A DNA stretch of 39,315 bases, taken from Myxococcota bacterium (GTDB lineage Bacteria; Myxococcota_A; Polyangia; Polyangiales; Sandaracinaceae). Position 1 is the first letter of the stretch; each line of letters begins with the position of its first letter. The notes beneath the pieces are model-generated. The model was not told where the DNA came from. It saw only the letters and a program-made list of their open reading frames with translations, and searched no databases. The stretch is from NCBI GenBank assembly GCA_036149055.1, contig JAYZQJ010000028.1, forward strand, positions 1 to 39,315. The letters run 5' to 3'. Below are positions 8,722 through 18,226 of the stretch, piece by piece. A program made the translations under genes and the position numbers.

Positions 8722-8772
8722 CGCTCTCGCCGGTCCAGTGTCGCGCCGTCGCATCCAGTCAGCCCTACGTCC
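8700..8772 (-). repeat. Repeat A copy 2
   Basis: Aligns with 6531-6611. Upstream frame ...DVGLTGCDGATLDRRER* overlaps the ATG as ATGA. Confidence 0.9.
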
Positions 8773-8902
8773 TGGTCAGCCGATTCCATTCCCGCCGGGC
8801 GTCGCCAGGGGCGCAGCCGCGACTGGCGCCGCGTACGACGCGAGCGCGACGGCGACTGCCGATGACGCGAGCGTCGTGAAGATCGGCCCTGGGCTCGAAT
8901 CT

Positions 8903-9883
8903 TCAGAGGCGTCGGCGCCGGAGGAGGAGCAGGGCGAGGAGGGCGAGCCACCCGGGGTGCACCGCGCGGCGTCCGACGCGGCAGCCGCAGCCTCCACGCT
9001 CCTCCGGGGCGGGGCCCGCGTCGCGCTGGACGCCGCCGTCGACGACGCGCGCTCCGGCGTCGGTGGGCGTCCCCGCGTCGAGCGACGGGAGCCCGGCGTC
9101 CTCCGGGACGCACGCGTCCATCACGCAGCGTTGCCCCGGCGGGCAGCCCTCGGTGGCGCAGCCGGGGGCCGGGTAGAGGAAGCAGATGCCGGCGACGTCG
9201 TCGGGCTCGAGGGTGCGCTGGTTCTCGCCGGTGTAGCGGGGCCACATCGTCTCGGGCTCGCCGCCAGAGGCGCAGGCGGGCGCGCCGTCCTGGGCGCTCG
9301 GCTCGCAGGTGTGGAGCAGGCCGACGAAGTGGCCCGCCTCGTGGACGACGAGGCCCTGCACGTCGACCGGATCCGCCTCGCCCGTGCCGCCGTCGATCAC
9401 CCAGCGGAAGTCGTCGGCGTTGAGCTCCATGTCGGACTCGTCGAAGGTCCAGCGGTCGCCGACGCGCAGGAGCTGGTTGGTGGTCACGCCGATGGTGAAG
9501 CCGGAGAAGCCGCGCGCGCGCCACGTGCCGTCCTCGACCCACTCCACCACGTTGCGGTCGTCGCCGTAGATCGCGGCCGTGCCCGCGAAGCCGCCGCCCT
9601 CGATCTCGAGGGCGCTGCAGGAGGGCCGCGTCCAGGTCAGGAACGCCTCGCGGGTCGCGCGCTCGACGTCGGCGAGGGCCAGCGCGCTCGGGCCGCGGAA
9701 GAGGGTGTAGCGCACCGGCAGCGGCTCGAAGGCGACGGGGCCGGTGATGCCGTTCCGCTGGTTGAACAGCGAGTCCTGCGAGGTGCGGTAGGCGCGCGCC
9801 GACCCCGGCCAGACGACCGCGAGCAGCGCCGCGAGCGCGAGCGCGCGGCTCGGAGCGAGCGACAGGAAGGCACGGACGGTCAT
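8903..9883 (-). CDS. Matrixin-like (M10) zinc metalloprotease with MYXO-CTERM-like tail
   Basis: HEAGHFVGLLH metzincin motif, Met-turn ETMWP, signal peptide, C-terminal GGCGCRV...LALLALLLLRRRR. Confidence 0.9.
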   Translation of the reverse strand: MTVRAFLSLAPSRALALAALLAVVWPGSARAYRTSQDSLFNQRNGITGPVAFEPLPVRYTLFRGPSALALADVERATREAFLTWTRPSCSALEIEGGGFAGTAAIYGDDRNVVEWVEDGTWRARGFSGFTIGVTTNQLLRVGDRWTFDESDMELNADDFRWVIDGGTGEADPVDVQGLVVHEAGHFVGLLHTCEPSAQDGAPACASGGEPETMWPRYTGENQRTLEPDDVAGICFLYPAPGCATEGCPPGQRCVMDACVPEDAGLPSLDAGTPTDAGARVVDGGVQRDAGPAPEERGGCGCRVGRRAVHPGWLALLALLLLRRRRL

Positions 9884-9946
9884 CGGTCTCCCCTCGAAGC
9901 CGGGCGGAGCATGAGAGACCGCGGCGGCTCGCGCACGCCGAAAGCG

Positions 9947-10882
9947 TCAGCGCCCGGCGCGCACTCGGAGCGGCCCGCGGGTCCAGCGCGCCCAGCCGAA
10001 GACGGCGAGGGTGCCGACGGCGATGGCGACCAGGCCGGTCACGCCCGCCTCCGGCCCGAACGCGCCGCCGGTCAGCCACACCGGGCCGTGCACCTCGCGC
10101 ACGAGCGACGCGCACCAGGCGAAGTCGTTGCCGCTCACCGGCATGCCGAAGACCGCCTGGTACCAGTTCCACGACAGGTGCAGCCCGAACGGCAGGGCGA
10201 GCTCGCCGGTGACCAGGTAGCCGCTCGCGAGGAAGAGGCCGGCGAGCGCGATGTTGCTGGTGCTGATCGGGGTCGCCTCCGGGTTGCCGGCGTGGGCGAG
10301 CCCGAAGATCAGGCTGGAGACCACCGTCGCGAGGACCCACGCGGTCGGCCGCGACCACCACCGCGCCTCGAAGCCCTCGGCCGCGTTGGTCAGCAGCGCG
10401 CCGCGGAAGAGGAGCTCCTCGTTGAAGGAGACGCCGGCGAAGATGAGGAGCGCGAGCGGGGTGAGCGCGGCCCGCGGCCAGCCCTCCCAGGTCGGCTCCG
10501 CGAGGCGCACGCTCGAGAGGCCGAAGGCGAGCTCCACCCCGAGGATGGCGGTGATGAGCGCGCCGCCGAGCGCGAAGCCGAAGGCGAGGTCGTTCACGTA
10601 GGAGCGCCGACGCAGCCGCAGGCCGAGGGCCGCGAGCGGGCGCCGGTCGAAGAAGCGGGAGCCGAGCGCGACCGCGCCGAGGATGGCGCCCGCCTGCCAG
10701 ACCTCGAAGAGCGCGAACGCCACCGGGCCGAGCGCGGGGCCGAGCACCGGGCGCAAGAAGTAGTGCGCGATGCCGCCCGGCAGGACGAAGAGGACCGAGA
10801 GGATCGCGACGAGCGCGATGCGCCAGAGGGCGCGGAGGCGCCGCTCCTCGCGGTTGTAGAACGGGGTCAGCAGCCGGCGCAC
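9947..10882 (-). CDS. CPBP family intramembrane metalloprotease (CAAX/Abi)
   Basis: EELLFRG, FGLAH and HLSWN motifs, multiple TM segments. Confidence 0.9.
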   Translation of the reverse strand: MRRLLTPFYNREERRLRALWRIALVAILSVLFVLPGGIAHYFLRPVLGPALGPVAFALFEVWQAGAILGAVALGSRFFDRRPLAALGLRLRRRSYVNDLAFGFALGGALITAILGVELAFGLSSVRLAEPTWEGWPRAALTPLALLIFAGVSFNEELLFRGALLTNAAEGFEARWWSRPTAWVLATVVSSLIFGLAHAGNPEATPISTSNIALAGLFLASGYLVTGELALPFGLHLSWNWYQAVFGMPVSGNDFAWCASLVREVHGPVWLTGGAFGPEAGVTGLVAIAVGTLAVFGWARWTRGPLRVRAGR

Positions 10883-10907
10883 CCCCGGAGTCTCGCGCGA
10901 ACCCGCG

Positions 10908-11393
10908 CTACCAGCCACCCGTGCCGGGCGGACCCTTGAACGGGCCGACCACCTGGCTCGTGATCCAGCCGCCGTAGAAGTCGCTCGACTGCGCCTTGGC
11001 CCGCTCCTCGCCGACCCACGCCTCGTCGACCCGGCTCGCGTAGAACGAGAGGTGGTCCTCGATGTCCTCGAAGCCGGCGGAGGGCTGGGCGTAGGACCAG
11101 GCGACGATCTGCTCCGGGTCGTCGGCCAGCGCCCAGTACTGCGCGGTGCCCTTGAACTCGCAGAAGCTGGTCTTGCCCGAGACGCACACCAGCCGCTGCA
11201 TCGCGACGTCGCTGGCCGGGATGTAGTAGGTGGGCGGGTGGCTCGTCTCGAGCACCCGGTGCGCCCGCGCGCTCTCCGCGAGCACCTCGCCGCCGTGCAC
11301 CACCTTCACGGTCTGCTCCACCGGCTCGACGCGCGGCGGACGCGGGTAGTCCCAGACCGACTCCTGACCGGGCCCTGGCTCGATTCGTTCCAT
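10908..11393 (-). CDS. DUF427 domain protein
   Basis: ESVWDYPRPP, VLETSHPPTYY, CEFKG.A.Y, FYGGWIT motifs. Confidence 0.85.
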   Translation of the reverse strand: MERIEPGPGQESVWDYPRPPRVEPVEQTVKVVHGGEVLAESARAHRVLETSHPPTYYIPASDVAMQRLVCVSGKTSFCEFKGTAQYWALADDPEQIVAWSYAQPSAGFEDIEDHLSFYASRVDEAWVGEERAKAQSSDFYGGWITSQVVGPFKGPPGTGGW

Positions 11394-11448
11394 GCCCCTC
11401 ACATGGGTCCAGGACGGCCCGGGTCAAAAGTGGGGGTCAAAGGCGCGG

Positions 11449-11829
11449 TCAGAAGCTGGAGGGGCCGGAGGCGAGCTTGTTGAGCTCGTCCTGCACGATC
11501 ATCATCGCGAACAGCCCGGTGAAGCCGTTGACCAGCGCCAGGGCGTGCAGGATGAGCACGAAGCCGGAGCGGTCCTCGTGGCGCTGGCCGCGCGCCTCGA
11601 AGAACTGATGCACCACCTGCGCGTTCCGGTACTGGACGTAGATGCCCCAGAGCCCGCAGCAGAGCAGCGTGACGATCAGGTCGAGCATCGGGTTGAGGTC
11701 CTCCCGGCCCGTCACCCGCTTCAGCTCGTCGGTCGTCGCGAACTGCCAGTAGAAGTAGTAGAGGCCGCACGTCACGAACGTGAGCACGGGCGGCACCCAG
11801 CTGTCCCGGCGCGTCATGGGGTCGAGCAT
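11449..11829 (-). CDS. DUF4234-like membrane protein
   Basis: LTFVTCGLYYFYW...ELK and C-terminal IVQDELN pattern. Alternative start 11817. Confidence 0.75.
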   Translation of the reverse strand: MLDPMTRRDSWVPPVLTFVTCGLYYFYWQFATTDELKRVTGREDLNPMLDLIVTLLCCGLWGIYVQYRNAQVVHQFFEARGQRHEDRSGFVLILHALALVNGFTGLFAMMIVQDELNKLASGPSSF

Positions 11830-11929
11830 GACGTCGCCGCGCGGGGATCGGCAAGCGGCGCGTAAGGGTGTCCCGGACTTGCGCGGCGTCCCGGCTTCCG
11901 GAATCTTCTCCGGGTCCAGGAGGCCCCAC

Positions 11930-13216
11930 GTGCGCACTCGACTCTCATTGCTCGCCCTCACCCTCTGCCTCGCCGGCTGCGACGGAGGCGAGATCGACGG
12001 TCCGCTCCGGCCCGACACCGGCATGAGCCTCCCGGACGCGGGGCCCGGCGGGGGCGACACGACCTACCACGGCGACCTGCGCCCGATCCTCGCGGAGAAC
12101 TGCGTCACCTGCCACACCGAGGGCGGGGTCGCGCCCTTCCCGCTCGAGACCTACGCGCAGGTGTCCGAGGTGGGCGAGCGCATGCGGGAGGTCACCCGCG
12201 ACCGCATCATGCCGCCGTTCCTCGCCGACAACTCCGGCGAGTGCAACACCTGGTCGAACCACCGCGGGCTGACCGACGAGGAGATCGCGGTCTTCGACCA
12301 GTGGGTGGTCGACGGCAAGCTCGAGGGCGATCCGAGCACGCCCGAGCCGCCGCGCGCCGAGCTCCCGACGCTGCCCTCGGTGGACCTCACCCTCGAGACC
12401 CCGAGCTACGCGATCGACGAGGCCGGCGACGACGACTACCGCTGCTTCGTGGTGGAGACCGGGCTGACCGAGGACCAGTACGTCACCGGCTACGACGTGC
12501 ACCCGGGCAACGCCCAGCGCGTGCACCACGTCATCGTCTACAACCCGGTCGACCCGAGCGCGGTGACGGCGGCCGAGGAGCTGGACATGGCCGACGGCGT
12601 CGCGGGCGACGGCTACCCCTGCTTCGGCGGGCCGCGCGTCGAGAACGCCCCCCCGATGGTGCTCTGGGCCCCGGGGGCGGGCGCGACCGCCTTCCCGCGC
12701 GGCACCGGCGTGCGGGTCAGCGCGGGCACGAAGCAGATCATCCAGGTCCACTACAACAACCTGGTGCCCGAGTCCCCCAACGAGGATCGCACCACCATCG
12801 ATCTCTCGCTCCGGTCCAGCGCCAACCCGGCCTTCATCGCGCCCATCTGGGCCGCCGACCTCTATCTGCCCCCGCGCATGGAAGAGGTCGAAGCGTCGAA
12901 CACCATCTCACTCCGCTCCATCCTGCCGGCCGCGGTGCGGGTGTGGGGCGCGTTCCCGCACATGCACACGCTCGGTCGCTCCCTCTCGGTGGAGATCCAC
13001 CGCGGCGGCGGCGGTGAGCAGTGCCTCATCGACGTGCCGCGCTGGGACTTCAACTGGCAGCTCGCCTACTGGCTCGACGAGCCGATCACGATCACTCGCG
13101 AAGACTCGGCGACCATCACCTGCACCTACGACACGATGGAGCGGGATACGCTGACCGAATGGGGCGACGGCACGCAGGACGAGATGTGCCTGAACTTCGT
13201 GTACGTCACGCTCTGA
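11930..13216 (+). CDS. Lipoprotein: c-type heme motif plus copper type II ascorbate-dependent monooxygenase-like domains
   Basis: LAGC lipobox, CVTCH, VHHVIVY, QVHY, FPHMH, WDFNWQ, DEMC. Confidence 0.85.
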   Translation: MRTRLSLLALTLCLAGCDGGEIDGPLRPDTGMSLPDAGPGGGDTTYHGDLRPILAENCVTCHTEGGVAPFPLETYAQVSEVGERMREVTRDRIMPPFLADNSGECNTWSNHRGLTDEEIAVFDQWVVDGKLEGDPSTPEPPRAELPTLPSVDLTLETPSYAIDEAGDDDYRCFVVETGLTEDQYVTGYDVHPGNAQRVHHVIVYNPVDPSAVTAAEELDMADGVAGDGYPCFGGPRVENAPPMVLWAPGAGATAFPRGTGVRVSAGTKQIIQVHYNNLVPESPNEDRTTIDLSLRSSANPAFIAPIWAADLYLPPRMEEVEASNTISLRSILPAAVRVWGAFPHMHTLGRSLSVEIHRGGGGEQCLIDVPRWDFNWQLAYWLDEPITITREDSATITCTYDTMERDTLTEWGDGTQDEMCLNFVYVTL

Positions 13217-13234
13217 TCGCGCTCCGCGCCAGGG

Positions 13235-13243
13235 TGCTATAAC
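13235..13243 (+). promoter_or_regulatory. Extended -10 element (TGnTATAAC), 7 nt before the GTG start, suggesting a leaderless promoter
   Basis: TGCTATAAC-cgggccc-GTG, no SD. Confidence 0.55.
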
Positions 13244-13250
13244 CGGGCCC

Positions 13251-14705
13251 GTGAAGAAGGTCTGGGCGACGCTGCGGACGTTCGGCGTCCTGGTCGGGCT
13301 GTGGGTGATCCTCGCGGTGGTCGGCATCCTCACCGGCGCGGTGCCGATCGAAGGGCTGCGGCCGCAGGTGTCGCTCGGGGACGAGCCCGAGGAGCCGGCG
13401 GCCCCGGCGGACGCGGGGCTCGAGGTCGCCGAGACCGAAGGCGACGCGGGGGCGGAGGAGCTCGCCGCGGCGCCGGTGGACGCCGGCGTGGCCGAGGCGC
13501 CGGTGGTCGTGCAGGAGGCCGGCGAGGAGCCCGAGGCAGAGGCGGACGAGGCCACCGAGGCGACCCGCTGGGCGGTGTGCGCCGCCTCCGACGCCGAGCC
13601 GTCCCTGGCGATCGAGGACGTCTTCGGCGACGCCCGCCCCGAGGTGGTGGTGGGCTGCCCGAACGGCTGGCACGTGCTGGGGCTGACCTCGCGCGGGCCG
13701 CAGCGGATCGCGGTGTTCTCGGTGGGCCCGGCGCCGGCCGAGCAGCGCGCGCGGGTCGGCCAGGCCGCCTTCGGCGACGTCGACGGGGACTCGCACCTCG
13801 ATCTGGTCCTGCCGCTGGCCCACGAGAGCGCGGCCGGCGCGACCCGCGGGGGTGGCCTCTGGTGGGTGCCCCGCGACGGCTTCGGCGGCATCCGCGAGCC
13901 GGCGGGGCTCGCCCCCATCGCCGCGGTCGAGGTCGCCATCGCGCCCCTCGACGCGTCGGCCGGCGCCGAGATCGTGGCGATGAACCGGACCAACGCGCTC
14001 GCCCAGCTGCCGAGCGAGGCCTGGGTGTTCGGCGGCGGCGCGGCCCCCGCTCGCACGGCGGCGCTGGTGCTCGGGCTCGGCGGCGCGAGCGTGCGCATCG
14101 GCGACCTCGACCGGGACGGCCAGTCCGACGTCGTGGCGCTCTCGCGCGGCCGGGTCGACCTGCACTTCGGCGACGGGACCGGCTTCCCCCGGAGCCACCG
14201 CTTCGACCTGGCGGGCGCGCGCGAGATCGCGCTCGGCGACGTGGACGGCGACGGCGGCGGGGACCTGGTGGTGCTCGGCGACGGCCTCCGCTGGATCCGG
14301 GCCGGCTCGCTCGAGGGCATGGAGCCCCGCGGCGTCGACGGCGTGCCGGCCACCCTGCGCGGGCTGCAGGTGCTGGACGTGAGCGGCGACGGCAAGGTCG
14401 ACCTGGTCGGCTGGGATCACCCGCGGCTCGTGGTGCTCGAGCACACCGGCGAGGTCGACTTCGTGCCGCGCGACGCGCTCACCCTCGAAGGCGGGCCGTT
14501 CGGCCCCCGGCGGCATCGGGTGGTGGACCTGGATCGCGACGGCGCCCACGACGACGTGGCGATGCTCGGGAGCACCGCCGACGAGGGCGCGGCGCTCGAG
14601 CTCCTGCTGGTGACCGACGCGCTCGAGGGCGCGGCCATCACCCCGGCCGGCGAGCCCCGCGACGTGCCCAACGCGCCGCTGGTGCTGCGCGCCCACTTGA
14701 ACTGA
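13251..14705 (+). CDS. Membrane-anchored FG-GAP/VCBS repeat protein
   Basis: Repeated GDVDGDSHLDL, GDLDRDGQSDV, DVSGDGKVDL motifs, N-terminal TM. Confidence 0.85.
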   Translation: MKKVWATLRTFGVLVGLWVILAVVGILTGAVPIEGLRPQVSLGDEPEEPAAPADAGLEVAETEGDAGAEELAAAPVDAGVAEAPVVVQEAGEEPEAEADEATEATRWAVCAASDAEPSLAIEDVFGDARPEVVVGCPNGWHVLGLTSRGPQRIAVFSVGPAPAEQRARVGQAAFGDVDGDSHLDLVLPLAHESAAGATRGGGLWWVPRDGFGGIREPAGLAPIAAVEVAIAPLDASAGAEIVAMNRTNALAQLPSEAWVFGGGAAPARTAALVLGLGGASVRIGDLDRDGQSDVVALSRGRVDLHFGDGTGFPRSHRFDLAGAREIALGDVDGDGGGDLVVLGDGLRWIRAGSLEGMEPRGVDGVPATLRGLQVLDVSGDGKVDLVGWDHPRLVVLEHTGEVDFVPRDALTLEGGPFGPRRHRVVDLDRDGAHDDVAMLGSTADEGAALELLLVTDALEGAAITPAGEPRDVPNAPLVLRAHLN

Positions 14706-14790
14706 CCCGCGCCGGGTCGGCGCAGCGGGGGCGAAGTGCCCCGACCGGCGGACGCCCCCTCCGAGGAAACCGGCCGCCGCGGCATGGCAC

Positions 14791-16827
14791 GTGGGCTGCT
14801 TCGTCCTCGTGACTCGCGCCCCCACGGGAGACCTGCTCGCCCCCCTCCACGCGGCCCTCGAGGCGATGGCCTCGGCCGGCGACGAGCCCGCGCGGCTGCC
14901 CCCGCTCGGGCCGCTCGAGGCGCTGTTCTCGGCCCTCGGCGCCTCGCCCGATCCCGACGCCGCCGCCACCGCGATCGCCGACCGGCTCGACGCCGACGCG
15001 GCGCTCCGGGAGGGGGCCCGGGGTTACGTGGCTCGGCTCTGTCGCTCGGTGCGCACCTGGGCCGCGCTCGCCGATCTCGGGCTGCTGCCGGCCCACGGCC
15101 TGGTCGCCGAGATGCAAGACCGGCTGACCGCGAAGATCCTGCCCTCGCACCGGCCGCCGCACGATCTGGTGGAGGTCCTCGACGAGGTCAGCGACGGACG
15201 GGGGGCCGCGTCGTGGGCCGAGCGGGTCTCGGACGACGCCTTCATCCGCCTCTGCCGGGCGCTGATGCCCGAGGACGAGGGGGCGCGCGCCGCGCTCGTG
15301 CACGGGGCCTTGCGCGCCATCGAGCTGACGTCGCATCGCCTGGCGGCGGTGGGGGAGGAGCCGCACCTCGCGCTCTTCGCCGAGGACGCGGGCGATCACG
15401 AGTCGCCCTTCCTCGCCCAGGCCGAGGAGGTGGTGCGCTTCACCACCGCCCGCCGCGCGAGCGCCCCCGCCGATCCCGCCCACGCGTTCGTGCTGCTCCG
15501 GCAGTGCGAGGATCAGGCGGCCCGCATCGAGCGGCGCATCCCCCAGAGCGGCGCGACGATCCGGCTCACCTACGAGCTCGGCCGGATGCACGACCTGCTC
15601 GGGCGGCTGCGGCTGCTGCTGACGACCCTCTCCCCCGACCCCGAGGTCGCCTGGCCGGCCCGCGCGACGCTGACGCGGCAGCTCCTGAAGGCGCGCGTGG
15701 AGTCGCAGCGGGTGATGCCGGCGGTGCGGCGCGGTCTGCACCTGGTCGCGGCCGAGATCGTCTCCCACGCCGGGCGCGCGGGCGGCTCGTACATCACGCG
15801 GACCCGCGGCGAGTACGCCCGCATGTGGAGGGCGGCCGCCGGCGCCGGCTCGCTGGTGGCGCTCGCCGCGGTGTTCAAGGTCGGCCTCGGCGCGCTCCAC
15901 GCGCCGCTGGTGATCGAGGCGTTCCTCTTCAGCCTCAACTACGCCGCCGCCTTCGTGGCCGTGCAGATGCTCGGCTTCACCATCGCCACCAAGCAGCCGT
16001 CGATGACCGCGGCCGCGCTCTCCGAGAACGTCGACGAGGATCAGTCCCGCCTGGTCGAGACCATCGTCTGCCTCTCGCGCAGCCAGCTCGCCGCCATCCT
16101 CGGCAACGTGCTCGTCGCCTTCCCGACCGCGTTCCTGCTGTCCTGGCTGCTGTCGTTCCTCTTCGGGCACCCGGTCGCCGACCCCACCAAGGCGGCCGCC
16201 CTGGTGCACGACCTCCACCCCCTCGAGAGCGGCGCCATCCCGCACGCCGCGCTCACCGGGGTGTGGCTCTCGCTCTCCGGGATCGTCGCCGGCTACGTGT
16301 CCAACTCGGTGATCGCGCGGCACGTCCCGGCCCGGATCGCGCGCAGCCGCCCGCTCGGGCGCTGGCTGGGGGAGCGTCGTCGCGCGCGGCTGGCCGAGCT
16401 GACCGGATCGCGGGCCGGGGCGACGACCGGCAGCGTCGTCCTCGGCGTGCTGCTCGGCAGCACCGGCATGGTGGGCATCGCGCTCGGGCTGCCGCTCGAG
16501 ATCCGACACGTCTCGTTCGCGAGCGCCAACCTCGGCCTCGCCCTCCACGCGCTCGGGCCCAGCGGCGTGGCCCTCGGCTGGAGCCTCGCCGGCATCGCGG
16601 CGATCGGCGCGACGAACCTGGTGGTCAGCTTCTTCCTCAGCCTGGTGCTCGCGATGCGGGCGCGCGGCCGGGGCTTCCGGGATCTGCCGTCGCTGGGCCG
16701 GCTGCTGCTCCGGGCGCTGGTCCGGGATCTCCCCGGCTGGTTCCTGCCGGTGGGCCGTACCGCGCGGGTCTCGTCGCCGCCCCCGCCGATCAGCCGTACG
16801 GGGGGATCTCGAGTGAGCGTGCCGTGA
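14791..16827 (+). CDS. Gcr-type 'site-specific recombinase' family membrane protein
   Basis: YITRTRGEY, SLNYA, FTIATKQPSMTA, RSQLAAILGNV, LEIRHVSF motifs, many TM segments. Start uncertain. Confidence 0.8.
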   Translation: MGCFVLVTRAPTGDLLAPLHAALEAMASAGDEPARLPPLGPLEALFSALGASPDPDAAATAIADRLDADAALREGARGYVARLCRSVRTWAALADLGLLPAHGLVAEMQDRLTAKILPSHRPPHDLVEVLDEVSDGRGAASWAERVSDDAFIRLCRALMPEDEGARAALVHGALRAIELTSHRLAAVGEEPHLALFAEDAGDHESPFLAQAEEVVRFTTARRASAPADPAHAFVLLRQCEDQAARIERRIPQSGATIRLTYELGRMHDLLGRLRLLLTTLSPDPEVAWPARATLTRQLLKARVESQRVMPAVRRGLHLVAAEIVSHAGRAGGSYITRTRGEYARMWRAAAGAGSLVALAAVFKVGLGALHAPLVIEAFLFSLNYAAAFVAVQMLGFTIATKQPSMTAAALSENVDEDQSRLVETIVCLSRSQLAAILGNVLVAFPTAFLLSWLLSFLFGHPVADPTKAAALVHDLHPLESGAIPHAALTGVWLSLSGIVAGYVSNSVIARHVPARIARSRPLGRWLGERRRARLAELTGSRAGATTGSVVLGVLLGSTGMVGIALGLPLEIRHVSFASANLGLALHALGPSGVALGWSLAGIAAIGATNLVVSFFLSLVLAMRARGRGFRDLPSLGRLLLRALVRDLPGWFLPVGRTARVSSPPPPISRTGGSRVSVP

Positions 16828-18148
16828 AGCCGTCCTTCACGTAGGGCCAGACCACGCGGTGGAAGTTGGTCTTCGCGCCGGCGCGCGAGAAGTACTCGTA
16901 GTAGCCGAGCACCACGCGGCTCAGGAAGATGAAGTGACGCTGGGCGGGCGGCGGGCGGCGGCGGGTGAGGAAGTGCATCACCAGCTCGCGGCCGGCCGAG
17001 ACGTAGTCGAAGTCGCGGAAGTCGAAGACCTCGTCCACGCGCACGCCGGCCGAGAAGTACTCGGCGATCTTCAGCATGTCCTCGTACTCGTCGTCGCTGT
17101 CCCGGTCCTCCATCAGCTCGAGGGCCACGAAGCTCTCCCGCAGCCGCGCCTCGTCGCCGTCGATGCTCGCGTGCATCATCTCGGCGAAGGCGCGCATGAA
17201 GGGCTCCTCGAAGATCTTCACGCAGCCGTAGTCGAGGATGCCGAGGCGGCCGTCGGCGAGGATCTTGAAGTTGCCGGGGTGCGGGTCGGCGTGCAGCAGG
17301 CCGCCGCGGAAGAACTGGTGCCAGAAGGCGTGGCTCAGCTGCGAGACCACCCGGGCGCGGACCGCCTCGTCCTCGTGCGCGAGCCCCCAGTCGAGGTCCT
17401 CGCCCTCGAGCCAGTCGTAGGTGACGACCCGCAGCCCCGAGTGCGAGTCGTGCACGCGCGGCACCACGATCTCCGGGTCGCCGGCGAAGAGCCGGCCGAG
17501 GAGCTTCGCGTTGAAGGCCTCCCGGCAGTAGTCGGTCTCCTGCACCAGGTGCTCGGCGAGCTCGTCCGAGATGGGCGTGATGTCGAAGCGGGTCTGGCCG
17601 AGCAGGTCGGCCACCAGCTTCTTCACCATCTTGCTGCCGAGCTGGATGTTCGCGAGGTCGCCCTCGACGCTCTCCTCGGCGCCGGGGTACTGCACCTTGA
17701 CGGCCACCTCGGTGCCGTCCGGCAGCACGCCCTTGTGCACCTGGCCGAGCGACGCGGCCGCGACCGCCTCCTCGGTGAAGTCGGCGAAGATCGACTCGGG
17801 CGGCTCCCCGAGGTCGTCCATCAGCACGTCGCGAATGGTCGCGTAGGACATCGGCGGCGCCGACGACTGGAGCGTCTTGAGGATGCCGCCGTACTCGTCG
17901 GGGAGCGCCTCGCCGTGGGTCGACAGCAGCTGCCCGATCTTCATCAGCGGGCCGCGCAGCTGGGCCATGGTGCTGGCGATGCGCCTGGCGTTCTCGACGT
18001 GGCGCTGGCCGCTCGTCTCGTCGCTCTCCTTGCGGAACGCCCCCGCGATCTTGCCCCCCAGGTAGCTCGATCCGACCCGGCCGCTCAGCAGGCCCATCTT
18101 CAACGTGCGGGCGAGGCGGCCGGGGATTCGCTCTTTGTCCTTGGCCAT
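16790..18148 (-). CDS. ABC1/UbiB (COQ8-like) atypical kinase
   Basis: KIGQ (KxGQ), AAASLGQVHK, VAVKVQYPG, HADPHPGN, LDYG. True start ATG 18148. Confidence 0.92.
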   Translation of the reverse strand: MAKDKERIPGRLARTLKMGLLSGRVGSSYLGGKIAGAFRKESDETSGQRHVENARRIASTMAQLRGPLMKIGQLLSTHGEALPDEYGGILKTLQSSAPPMSYATIRDVLMDDLGEPPESIFADFTEEAVAAASLGQVHKGVLPDGTEVAVKVQYPGAEESVEGDLANIQLGSKMVKKLVADLLGQTRFDITPISDELAEHLVQETDYCREAFNAKLLGRLFAGDPEIVVPRVHDSHSGLRVVTYDWLEGEDLDWGLAHEDEAVRARVVSQLSHAFWHQFFRGGLLHADPHPGNFKILADGRLGILDYGCVKIFEEPFMRAFAEMMHASIDGDEARLRESFVALELMEDRDSDDEYEDMLKIAEYFSAGVRVDEVFDFRDFDYVSAGRELVMHFLTRRRPPPAQRHFIFLSRVVLGYYEYFSRAGAKTNFHRVVWPYVKDGFTARSLEIPPYG

Positions 18149-18226
18149 GGGGGCCCGAAAACCTAGCACCGCTCGCACGTCTCGCATGCCCCTGGGAAAC
18201 GTCGCCGCGCCTGTCATGTTGAGGGC

